A DNA stretch of 64,000 bases, taken from NCBI GenBank assembly GCA_020137815.1, contig CM035352.1, positions 1,116,001 through 1,180,000 of the forward strand, in the 5' to 3' direction. A program made the translations under genes and the position numbers. This document shows positions 41,628 to 53,158 of the stretch, in pieces (the stretch's first letter is position 1; every line of letters begins with the position of its first letter). This DNA is from Hormiphora californensis (taxonomy: Eukaryota; Animalia; Ctenophora). Under the pieces are notes generated by a model that was given only the letters and a program-made list of their open reading frames with translations, was not told where the DNA came from and did not search any database.

Positions 41628-42955
41628 ATGACGTCATCAAGCATGGATTACACAGTACCAGGAGAACAGCAGCAAGTCTGTAAACGGTGCAATGCATTAC
41701 GGATACACAGTTCCATTAACACTCTCCTTCTTCTCCTTGTTGTCGGTACTGCCATCATTTATCATACTCTCTTCAAATCAGAACTACCAACAGTAAGTCT
41801 TACACGGTCGCTTGTAGTGGGAAAACGGTAATGGAAAACTGAGTTACAGTAAGACGACGCGCAACCGTTGCCAATCAGGGCGCTAGTTCATGCTGAACAC
41901 ATGCACTTTTTGCCGTGCGTTATGCAACGTGCGCGTCTCCTTACTGTATTTTCATTACGGTAATACGACTACAAGCAGCACTTGCAGGGTTCTAGCCTTT
42001 TTGGAAATAGGGGCGGTCCTCTAATTGGATTTGGGGTTACTAAGGGATCAGTAGTAATTTGCCACATATGAGAAGCAAATAAAGAGAAAGTGATTAATTT
42101 CTTTTAAAATTAGCAACTCTTGGTCTTGTTGACTGATTTTAATAAAATCCTTGGTCTAGGTCAGCACAGTGGAGAACTCAGAACCAGTAAAAAGGGTTCA
42201 GTATGAGCATGATGTCACTGTGGAACAGAACCCCACCACATACCCCCATACAACAGACCCACCAGCAACTGTTAATAACAGTGTTATGACAGGTAAATAT
42301 ATAGAGCAGTTATCCTATATCGTCGAACTATCGAGAACATACCAGTCGTGCGTGGACTTTGAGTTTTTAGTTCCTACCCATTTGGTAAGCTTCCAAACAT
42401 TTCAGAAATCATGAGCGGTGATCCTCCTTCTACAGTGGTGGCCAACTTGAAAAGTAGCACTAGGTCAGGACGACAAAGACACCCCCGTGCGGGGAGGAAC
42501 GGGAGGAGAGGGAAGAATCGGAGGGGCAGTAACAGCGGTCAGTCAGCGTTGAACACAGCAAAGAGCATTATGAAGTACATTAGCCCTATCCTGAGGCCTA
42601 ACAGTGGTACTTGCATGCCGATTGCAGTAAGTGAATTCTCAACTGCAGACTGCTCTCAAGAAGGTGGCCACGAAGGAGTTTGGTAAGTTGAAACATTTAT
42701 AACAGGGGAGCTGTAGCACTGTATTATAACCATAGTCTGACAATCTTTTCGTCTACCCCCCCCCCTCCGCCCACCACATAGCATCACGAATTACCCAGCT
42801 AATGCATGTATTATACCACATGTTGCCTTGATCCTATCTGAACAAACTGCACATACAGGTACGTGAAAAGTATAAAGGTGGACCATGCGAGGAAGGTTCA
42901 CGAGGTTGAATGCTGTCAGATCCTACTAGAACTTGAAGTAGATGATCCGACCTGA
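41628..42955 (+). CDS. Orphan type II single-pass membrane protein with an S/T/P stalk, polybasic putative convertase sites and a small Cys-containing C-terminal domain (189 or 223 aa by alternative donor)
   Basis: Exons 41628-41792 (TM: INTLLLLLVVGTAIIY), 42160-42292, 42406-42626 or -42682, 42859-42909 or -42955; all phases compatible. Basic cluster RQRHPR..RRGKNRR. Confidence 0.75.
41847..41946. mobile_element. Small TA-flanked MITE (CAGTAAG termini) in intron 1 of the type II membrane gene
   Basis: ta|cagtaagacgacgcgca ... tgcgcgtctccttactg|ta. Confidence 0.6.
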
Positions 42956-43666
42956 GCTGCTGCTCGTTGAGCCAGTATTTCGTGTCCCAGCTGCTTTACC
43001 ATGTGTATGAGACGATTCTTGATAAATTAACATTTTAGGATTTTATGTTATATGTAATATGTAGCCTAAATCACATGCTATGATTATTAAAGGTGGGATT
43101 GTGCTATCGCGGGCGTTGTTCAGATTAAATTATATGTGTGATACTAATATATATATATTTGGGTGTTCCTTCCATGGAATCTTGTTACAACTAGGTTATT
43201 TGATTTTTATTTTAACATCCGGCCGTGGGACAGTGGGCTCCCAGTCCCACTAGACAATCGATGGACAAAGAATTAGGAGTCAAATGTGGCAAAACTAGAG
43301 ACTGATAACACATGTTTTATTATTAAATCCTTATCACAGTTTTACCCCGACGAAATTTATACTTTTATGTCTTGTAGAGAAAAACCGTTTTTGCCCACGA
43401 GGATCACCGTGGAATATTTACGGTAAATATTCCACGTTCATCCGGGATACCGGGATGCCTTTTGCAAATTTGTTACGGACATAGTGACTACCTGTAGTAC
43501 AACCAGATCAGATGTCCCGTTTCAGGTTGCGAGGGGCAACATGTAGCAACTATATATAGAGCCGCACACTCAACAACAACCTGCTCCTTCATAAACTATT
43601 TCATTGACATGTTTTCAGGAAATGTGTGGCGTGCAATTCCGCCATGTGGCGCGCAATTTGGTGCTA

Positions 43667-43931
43667 CAGTCGGACCCCGATTTAACTTGCCATGCTACGC
43701 GTACGCAGTCTGTATGTTCGCTTACTCGGGCTCGTGTAAGCTCACACTGGGCCTTCGGCCCGATGCGAGAGCTGACAGACAAGGAACATGTCAAGATTTA
43801 ACGGCACCCCGATTTAACGGCAGGATATAGGAAATTAACAGTATTTGACCCATATTTAGCGGACACCCCGATTTAACGGACAAAACCCTTTCCTCGGCCC
43901 CCGAGGGCGCCGTTAAATCGGGGTCCGACTG
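43667..43931. mobile_element. Tc1/mariner-type MITE interrupted by a 108-bp insertion (43687-43794) with 8-bp TSD gatttaac
   Basis: ta|cagtcggacccc-gatttaac[ttgccatg...catgtcaa]gatttaac-ggcacccc ... ggggtccgactg|ta. Confidence 0.85.
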
Positions 43932-44833
43932 TACTAAAACACAAGGATTTGTTCTATACTGCTTAATTAAGTGATAATGAAATGATCGGAAATAACCTTC
44001 CCACCTTAGCTTCACATTAGAAAACAAAGGTGGGTGGGGAAACATAGCATTATGAAACATAATGCAGTTATTTTTGTTCTTGGAACGAAATCGAATATTC
44101 GAATGGCCTGATAAAGATATTGGGATAATTTCTCCTATTTATACCTCGATTAACACCTCCTGCCGTTTGATTTTGGGGTTTCGGGATAAACGCATGACAC
44201 AAAGAATATTGATTTGAAGGAAAAATGGCACTAGTAGGAAAACTAAAAACACATTAATTGATTGATAAGACATCTCTTATAGTACCATGCAGCTATACTG
44301 CATACACTCTATTAACTCCAGTCCCAGTTGTAAAACATATCATCTGGCTGCACATGGGTCAGCACTTCAGCAGTATCAAAGTTCAATTTCATTACTCTCT
44401 TAGATTTAGAACATAAGAGGTCACTTGTCATGCAGAAAGTGTGAACTCCGAAGAATACTGAACCCTATACTCCCAACTAACCCATGCACTATTCAATCTA
44501 AAGGTTCCAATTACAATTCAAATTGATGTATTTAATCAGATGACCCTCATTATCCCGTTCAACCCTTTCTCATGCATGTGTTTATACACTAGCAGCTGCA
44601 TTGATGTATATAGAGCTGCTCCAGTCATGTTTTTGGTAATGAATTGGGCTGTACTCTTATAGCTCTGAACATCATCAACTGCAAACAATCACGCTCACCT
44701 AGCACCCAAGCTGCTGCAGCCCTCGGGCCTCGATAGCAAAAATCATCGCTAAAAAATAAATCACATATTGTCCCTGTAATAATTTAAAATTGATCGGGCT
44801 ACTCTATCCATCACTAAATATGGTTTATTTGTT

Positions 44834-47390
44834 TCAATGTGATCCATCAAGAGCATTCAAATGAGTCTCTTTAATTATTTTAGGAATCAGCAGGTTCCGA
44901 ATGGGCATCAGTGATATGATGATGAATGGGAAGAGCATCTTCAAATACGCCACCCCCGAGAAAGACAACCCGCACAGGACCAGAAGTTGGAAGAGCTGTA
45001 ACATGGTGAATGTGTGGATAACTTTCTGGGGTACCTTCCTCACATAATGAACTGCCGGATAGAGGCTCTGCTCGGTGAATAACAATAAAACCCGGCCCCA
45101 AAACTGAAAGTCTCCCAGGGAGGAAATGGCAATGAAGAGGAGCACCCCGTATAGCGCTGGCACCGAGATGTAGTGTAGGGGATCAGGGATGAGAAGCATC
45201 GATATCAACACTAAAACATTAGCCGCCAGGGTCGTTGTCCGAGTTTCCCGGACCTTAACGACAACTCCACTGGCGTACCCGTGCTCAACCCTCTCCTCGA
45301 TATCAGCCAGGGCCCGCACGTGCATGGGTGAGTGAGGTAGGCAGGCGTGCATCCAGGGGAGTCCAAACACGCTGAGTAGGATGTTGATCAGGGCGGTCAC
45401 TAGTAGGTCCAGATGGTACGCTGAACCCTTCTGTAGCTTGTTGTGCGGGTTGTTCACCATACTGGCTGCAACGTTAGCCTCCACAAAGAACAGCATAGAG
45501 GTAATGAAACCGAGGGCTATTGAGGTGATAAAGGAACCCGCACTGATCGCAACACACGGTCCCGAGGAATCATCTGCTGCTGCGGCTCGTTTTGAAATAT
45601 CTGAATCTCCACCACAGCCGTTCCACTTGAAGTCTGGGAATGAAAAGAGGCTGTAGGGTGGATCCTGCTCAAATTGTTCATCGGTAAAGTGTTCAAGACC
45701 CAGCCCATCAAAAAGGATGCCCGTTACGAGGGATAGAATGAGAACTGAAAAGGGTAACCCATACTCAGCGACCAGTTTCCTCTTAGTGCTACTGAGGTAG
45801 GGTGAGTATTTGAAGTTGTTAATGGCCAAACTCACTAACAAGACTCCAAATGTAGTGAGGAAGACGGCGAGGGGGATGGCTTTGTCACAACCACTCTCAT
45901 CGCACCAATAACTACCAAACTGCTTCGACACATACTTGAGACTGTCCACGATAAACGCAATGGATGTGAAAATACCCACGATCTCCTCAGTGGATCGGGA
46001 GCAGTAGGCCATGATTTTACTGACACCCGTTACAGCATATACCACTAGGAATATCCCGTTCCAAAGTCCGACTAGAGTGTAAAAAGTTAAGAAGTCAACG
46101 TTGAAGAGTGACACGCTGAACGTGTAAACGAGTTTGATGAACAGTACTATGGGGATGGTGCACTGGACCACTGAGAGAGGCTGGCCGGCAAACAAGGCGT
46201 AGATGATCCCACCCACAGCCTGAGCCAGGATTCCCTTCCTCGTCTCGATCGCTTTATCCGTGTTGTAGGAGTTGATGACACCAAACGCCATGACCGGGAG
46301 TAGAAGTGTAAAGTAGAGGAACATCATTGCATTGAGGTACTTTTTCACTGATGTAAGATCATTGAAACCATCCGAGAAGTCCGATAAGTAGACCTTTTTA
46401 CGGCGCTTTATGTCATTGTACAGTAGCCTGCCCGGTGGCCAGATAGATTTGATAAACTTTTTAACCGGTCGTTCCTCTTCCTCGGGTGTATCTGTTCCCA
46501 CCATCTGTTCCAGGCGTTCCTTCTCCTTCTCCTCCGTCTGTCTCTCCTGAACTAACTTGCACCCGTCCTTTCACTATTTCGACAAACTCCTCAACCGTCT
46601 TTGCGTCATAGAGCTGTCTACGGAGGGAGTTAGCGGAGAGAAGGGTGGTGTAAGTCCGACCGACTTCTATCCCTGACTTGGTCTGTTTACTCTTCATAGG
46701 TGACAGAATCAGACAAATCAACTTTACCTCAGAGAGACCATCCCCAAGGTTAAAGGGCCTGTGTGTAACTGAAAAACAAGTCTGAGTTTCTAAGACGGTA
46801 GGAGTTGTACCCAAGGCGACAACAAACGATTTCTCGGGGATAACATCGCTTCCCCGGCTGTATACCAAACCCTGAACGCACTCCATCAGACCGCCATCGT
46901 CCGCTAACACACTTTTAGCAGCCTTCTCCACGTTCAGGTTGATCTTTTTAACGGTTTTGATATGTTCAATCATCTCATTGATGATGTCAGGAAGGAGGGT
47001 GTGTTTAGATTTCATGAGGACACACGGATTCTCCAGAAACTTCTCGATATCCTTGGTAGCCCGGGCCTCGTCATGATAATCCTTCAGAGGGACTGCCTTC
47101 CTCTTTGTCCAGTTCATGGAGTGACAGTGCTCCAGTCGGGGTATGTTGGGGGAGTCTGAGAAGGCCATGTTCAAATCATTCTTCTTGATAGCCCGCTTCT
47201 TCCATTTTGTAGCCAGGGACCTCACCTGGGCCATCTTCCGGAGAGCCCCGAAAGCGGAGTTAGCCCCCAGGGTAGGAGGAGAGTCAATGTCGCAGTCCAT
47301 CTCAAGACTCAAGGAGTCATCCTCAGCGTCTTTACTGGAGCCATTGAGAGTGGCATGAAAAGCAGATTTGTTCTGGTAAACATCGGCCAT
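44834..47390 (-). CDS. SLC4A11: SLC4A11-like (BTR1/NaBC1) SLC4 transporter; intronless CDS split by one frameshift at about 46555-46575
   Basis: N-terminal ORF 47390-46461 (QTKSGIEVGRTYTTLL..LRRQL..AKTVEEF) and membrane ORF 46504-44834 (SRSTEEI, GSAYHLDLL, FGLPWMHACLPHSPMHVRALA, VRETR, YPAVHYVRKVPQKVIHTFT) match recalled SLC4A11 signatures. A 5'UTR splice acceptor is at about 47435. Confidence 0.9.
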
Positions 47391-48119
47391 GATCCAAACA
47401 GAGTTACCCGCTCTCTCTCTCTCTCTCTCCTTTCCTAAAGAAAGAAAACTTCAGTTAGGGAGGAAAATTAGAAATTATTTTCTTTCCGCTCTAGAGTATT
47501 ATCATTACTGTGGCTCGTTAGAAAGTAGTAGTGTACTGCTGCAGGAGCAGTCGTCATGGTAATACTGTGGGCAGATAATGGCACCGTTTAGTACGGTAAT
47601 AGATAGACAATTATATAGACAGTAAACAATGGGACGTGAACTGCAATTCATGTATATTCTAGTAAAACTGTTTGACACATAAGGCAGCAGTGGCCAGTGG
47701 ATTTGAATTTAAATGCCGACTTGAAATGAACAAAATCGTTGTGACTAGACTACACGAGAGTTTTAGAATTCAAGGAATAATTGCTCATAAAATGATCTAG
47801 AATTTAGTGCCAAGCACGAGTAATAGTTAGATTGAACATTTTACTAGTGTGAGCGTATGTATAAGGCTACATAGATCGTCGACCGATAGCTCCAAAACAA
47901 AACGCGGCATCAGAGTGGCTTGGTACATAATGAATTGCAAAACTGTAACTTTGATGCAGGAACAGGTATTGTTGTCCAATTTAACAACACATTCATTCGC
48001 CAAATCTAAAATAACCTCCAAAGCAGCAAAGCGTTTAACTGAAATGCTGAGTTTTATCATGTGTGTTTACACCAAATAAAATTGAAATTATTTCAATGAC
48101 ATAAATTCTATGAGAACAG

Positions 48120-48239
<120 letters not shown>

Positions 48240-48923
48240 TCTCCCTCTCTATCTCTCTACTAAATGAATATTGAGCTATCGCAGACCATCCTCTTGCTGC
48301 ACCTGCTTTTCCAATATTCAATGAGGCGCAGCAGCTATATTAAGCACGAGGCCGCGTGGGGGACCTCATTCAAAAACTTAACCTCTCTCTTTCTAACTCT
48401 CTCTATCATAATCTCTCTTTATCTCCCTCTGCGCCTCCTTAATCCCAAGTGGCTGCAAACCCAAGGACAAACACCTTAGGCTCCCCCACGCGACGGCTCT
48501 TTAATATAAGACGTCCAATAAAATGAATATTATATAAATGCTGCGGAACAGCTGATCTATAGTCTTCGCGTCAGCTTCAGTCTTATTCACTGCTGCAATT
48601 TCATAATCATACCACTACCATTTGACAATACAAAGCATGCTACTGTATTATCTAGAAGGCACAATTAATACCGTGGAAGTAGCATATAGTGATTCTCATC
48701 CGAACCATGCAGTGACTATTGCAACACTAAACAGAGAATATATGCCCTTCCAACATTGAAGGAAGGTCCTTCCTATTATGACAGAATCACACGCAGATCT
48801 GAACAACTGTAGAACTGTGAGCAGGAACAATTTGCTCTTCCTACCCTGGATGTAACTTGTTTCCGGTATTACATGCCCCATGGACTGCAGCAGCAGAAAT
48901 CATGACTAAATCAAAGTGATATA

Positions 48924-49837
48924 TTAGGTTGTCCAGTAAAGATTTTCGTTTGGCTTTTATGGGAAAATGTTTTGAGATAGAGCAAAATGGACTTCACCAC
49001 CGTTTTTCTCACACGATTTTGGATCGGAATACTATGCCTGATATCGATATATGGCTGTTCTCGGTTCACAACAGGCTATTTTCTCTACCCCACTCTTGTT
49101 GCTGCTGTACGGGGTTACTTCGCGATTTTCGATTTTTAGTACTAAAGCTGCTGTACTTCTTAAAATGGTACCGGAGTGATGTTTTGTTGGATCAAGCTTG
49201 TTCATTGGACAATTACCTACCTTTCAAGATGTAATAAAACATCCTATCTTTATTTTGTCACTGAGCAATGGGCCTTCAAAAAGTTTTGGTCAAAATTAGA
49301 AACTTTCACTTCCGGGTCTCACCAGGATTGGATTATAATCAAAAACTCTGCAGTAAAAGATAGTTCTAAGTCAGTTCTAAGACTTAGTGAACCCAATTAT
49401 GTGATTGGTTGACTTAAAAAGTGTTTTATTGGCGTTTTCGAACATACCCGTTAAGCAGGCCCCATTTTTTTGCGCTTTTTCGCTTTTTTATGATACATTA
49501 ACTGTTCTAGAGATTATAAGTCAACGCGGAAAGACTCAAATCGCATACATATCTCATCCTTAGACTATTTGCTATCGATTGAGCACCACGGGAGCTAAAA
49601 ATACTGTACCAGTTTTCTTAGGGTAGCTTTTAAAAAACTTTGGTAACCCCGAACAGCAGCAACAAGAGTGGGGTAGAGAAAATAGCCTGCTGAGACCCCA
49701 GAACATTCATATACCGATATCATGCATGATATTCCGATCCAAAATCGCGTGAGAAAAACGGTGGTGAAGTCCATTTGGCTCTATCTCAAACCATTTTCCC
49801 ATAAAAGCCAAACGAAAATCTTTACTGGACAACCTAA
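48924..49837. mobile_element. Mariner-derived non-autonomous element with about 190-bp TIRs, TA TSD
   Basis: ta|ttaggttgtccagtaaagattttcgtttggc ... gccaaacgaaaatctttactggacaacctaa|ta; TTAGGTTG is a mariner-type terminus; no transposase ORF. Confidence 0.88.
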
Positions 49838-49893
49838 TAGTTATATCATGACATGATACCTCGTTCTAGATCATTAATATGATATAGGCCATA

Positions 49894-51355
49894 GGGTAGG
49901 AGGGGGTAATTCGGGTCAGTTGGTAATTCGGGTCACTTGTTTGTAATTCGGGTCATTCTAATGTAACAAGATTTGGCGGGAAAATTTGAAATACGGAATA
50001 TCGCTCATTTCCCGATTTTGGATTCAATTGGTATTCCCGTGAATTTGCGGAATTTTTTCGAGAAGAAAACATATGATTTTATCCAATGGGATAATTCAGC
50101 ACTTATTGGCTAAGTTTTTGAAGGAATTACGTCATTATTGATTTACCAAAATGACGTCATAAAACAGTGTGTCTAATTCGGGTCATGTTTGTAATTCGGG
50201 TCACAGGCAAAGCGGCTAATTCGGGTCACCTTATTTTTGCGATAAATCAGCAAGTTTGAGTGATTTCTGGCCCCATATTTTATGTTTTCTTCTCGATTTG
50301 GGGCCTCTGGGGGCCTTTAGGGGCCTCTAGGGGCCTCTAGGGGCTTCTAGGGGCCTCTAGGGGGCCTTTAGGGGTCTCTAGGGGGCCTCTAGGGGCCTCT
50401 AGGGGCCTCTAGGGGCCTCTAGGGGCCTCTTGGGGGCTCTAGGGGGCCTCTAGGGGCCTCTAGGGGCCTCTAGAGCAGCAGTTCTAGAACAACGAAATCT
50501 ACAAAGCAAATGTACACACAGCACTGCAAATATGCAGTGTTGTCTTAGTAACAGCCCCTCTCAAGTCGTATATGGGTAGCACGTGCCTCCCAAATAAGGA
50601 ATGATTAGGGGCCTCTAGGGGGCCTTAAGGGGCCTTTAGGGGTCTCAAGGGGTCTCTAGGGGGCCTCTAGGGGCCTCTAGGGGGCCTCTAGGGGCCTCTA
50701 GGGCCTCTAGGGGCCTCTAGGGGGCCTCTAGGGGGCCTCTAGGGTCCTCTAGGGGGCCCTCTAGGGGCCTCTAGGGGCCTCTTGGGGGCTCTAGGGGGCC
50801 TCTAGGGGCCTCTAGAGCAGCAGTTCTAGAACAACGAAATCTACAAAGCAAATGTACACACAGCACTGCAAATATGCAGTGTTGTCTTAGTAACAGCCCC
50901 TCTCAAGTCGTATATAGGTAGCACGTGCCTCCCAAATAAGGAATGATTAGATACACACGCTCTGACAGCCAACCAACAGCCAACCATCAGCCAACCAACA
51001 GCTGGCCCGAATTACAAACACGTGACCCGAATTAACCACATGATTTCAGCGGCAACACGCTGTGTTGGTAATTCGGGTCATTTGGTCACGTGTTTGTTTG
51101 CGAGGGCTGTGATTGGCTGAATACGCACGTGGCCCGATTTAGCCACTGACCCGAATTACCAACAATACGCAAACTAACGATTTCGTGGGCTTTTTTATGT
51201 GTGAAAAAGGTTGGATTTGAAAACTTCAACAGTCCAAATATCTTAACAAGTGTCACATTGGATAAATTGAATAGATTTTATGTGCAGACATTCTGCCACA
51301 ACCAAGGGAATACCACTTTAATCAAAAAGGTGACCCGAATTACCCCCTCCTACCC
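49894..51355. mobile_element. TA-flanked pogo-like non-autonomous element with internal (ggggcctcta)n minisatellite and an internal duplication
   Basis: ta|gggtaggagggggtaattcgggtca ... tgacccgaattaccccctcctaccc|ta; minisatellite 50300-50815; about 135-bp segment duplicated at 50471-50609 and 50812-50950. Confidence 0.88.
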
Positions 51356-51461
51356 TAGTCATCTTCGCAATTAAATAATAAATATTCAATGTAGAAATTT
51401 AGGTGAAATTAAGGGAGATCACTGCATCATATTGAGCAAAAGCGATGGAGCATGCTACTAC

Positions 51462-51687
51462 GGTAGGCGGACTCTAGTGCTAACGGACTCTATATCTAAA
51501 CCCATTAAACCCAAGGAGGACTCTATAACCCTAACCTTTACACTAACCCCTAAAAGTAAACTCGAACCCAAATAACGGCCCTAACACTTCTAAATGAGTA
51601 TAGAGGCACAGCAAACTCTCGTTTCTGGCCTAACGGCCGAAATCTCGAGTTCGATTTTCGTGATTTTAGCACTAGAGTCCGCTTACC
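51462..51687. mobile_element. Short TIR element with GG..CC termini, 9-bp TSD (Merlin-like, inferred) and an internal CCCTAA-like tract
   Basis: tgctactac|ggtaggcggactctagtgctaa ... ttagcactagagtccgcttacc|tgctattac. Confidence 0.78.
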
Positions 51688-51888
51688 TGCTATTACAGCT
51701 GTTTAGACGCGATGATGAAACAATGATGATCGGATCTTTCCCTGAAACGGATTATCATGTTCGTGTTTTTGCGGGGAAAAGTGAGCATGTGGTCATAGGC
51801 TCGATGCAGACCATCTAGAGATCTAATTATACAGAGAAATCTAAACTGATAACATGGTTTGTTTCGAAATGCAGGCCGAAATATGATC

Positions 51889-52533
51889 AACAAGAATTAT
51901 TGCATTATGTATTCATAATGCGGTGTTTCCCTGCCAAATGGATTTAAATTGATGAATAAGCTTCAAAACTGGATTTCCTGATGAATTTTGTGCTCAAAGA
52001 GCATTTTTTGGCTGATGCAATGTTGGTTACTAAGGTAACTAGGTGAGTTGCTATGGTAACCAAAGGCAGTTGCTATGGTAACCAAAGCAGTTCCTATGGT
52101 AACCAAGGCAAATGCTTAGGAGACCCCAGTTGGTTACCAAGTGCTTCAACTTTAACCGCATCTCAACTCGAGTCACTAGTGTGACAGTAGTTTCAATGTT
52201 TCATGCTTGGAAGACGTTCTATCACTTCATAGCATGGCTGTAGGGCGCCCAAAGTGATTTCAGGTGATAGTGGGAAGTGCTATCAGCGAGTAATTGCGCG
52301 CCACAATGTGTGTTAATCATTTCCTTTGTTGAATCAACGAAGCGTGAGATGAAAGTTTTATGAAGGAGCAGACTTGTTGTTAGGCGTTGTCCGTGACGGA
52401 CGGACGGACGGACACTTTTAGTTAACTACACAATCTGCTGATTTCTAAACCCTGAATGATCTTTTTAGCACGTGCGTGCTACAAAGATCATCCCGGGTGA
52501 TTGCCTTCGGCAATCACCCGGGCAGGGAAAAAA
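51889..52533 (-). mobile_element. Helentron-associated (HINE/DINE-1-like) non-autonomous element
   Basis: Subterminal inverted repeats tttccctgcc / ggcagggaaa; 5' palindrome cccgggtgattgccttcggcaatcacccggg; (GACG)n microsatellite at 52395; terminal stem-loop gcattatgtattcataatgc. Confidence 0.75.
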
Positions 52534-53087
52534 TGGTATCAGGTATGTATTATCTAAATCCGGTTGCGTTGAATTCGTTTTGAAAAGCTGACTCAGAAAA
52601 ACTCTGTTCAACAGGCATGAGGGAGTTCTAAGACCACAGTCAAGCGCCCTACCGTAGACGCTTATGCAAACACAAACTCAATCTTTCAACGAGGTATCAT
52701 GTCATGATACTATCATATCGATTTAGTCATGATTCCTGCTGCAGCCTGGGGTATGTTGTATGCCGGAAACAAATTACGCGATCCAGGATAGGAAGAGCAA
52801 ATCGTTCCTGTTCAACAGTTTTTTAGCTGCCATGATACCATTATATGCAGATATGCTACCTTTACAACTACCTTTACAACTACTGTTCGAGGATGAAATC
52901 ACGGGGGAGAAAGCATTGAGAAACAGCTCAGTGGTAGTTTGTTATGTAGCAGTTCCTTGTGACCATACGAATGCAAAGCGGTGGTGGTAGCTTGTTGCTG
53001 CAGTTCCTTGCGAATGCAACAACATCTTCCCCCACACATCTTCCCCCCCCCCCCACATATGGTCTCTATCATGTACGCTGCACTCTA

Positions 53088-53158
53088 TCTGAACTTGTTT
53101 ATCACGTACATAACTCAACGTGCAAGTTGAGTTATGTACGTGATAATTAAGTTCAGAT
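53088..53158. repeat. About 70-bp near-perfect hairpin
   Basis: tctgaactt..ttatcacgtacataactcaac gtgcaa gttgagttatgtacgtgataa..aagttcaga. Confidence 0.8.

Larger units (their letters stand above)
48689..52902. mobile_element. Old foldback element whose inverted arms enclose a nest of younger insertions
   Basis: 48689-48912 plus 49842-49866 are the reverse complement of 52688-52902 (gaacaatttgctcttcctaccctggat / atccaggataggaagagcaaatcgttc; atcatgactaaatc / gatttagtcatgat; tatcatgacatgatacctcgtt / aacgaggtatcatgtcatgata). Confidence 0.75.

Noticed and set aside
49894-51355. CRISPR-like repeats (taattcgggtca; also ggggcaaagtggccc at 21865-22561)
   Set aside because: Irregular spacing in both orientations, inside TA-flanked TIR elements in a eukaryotic genome, no cas genes
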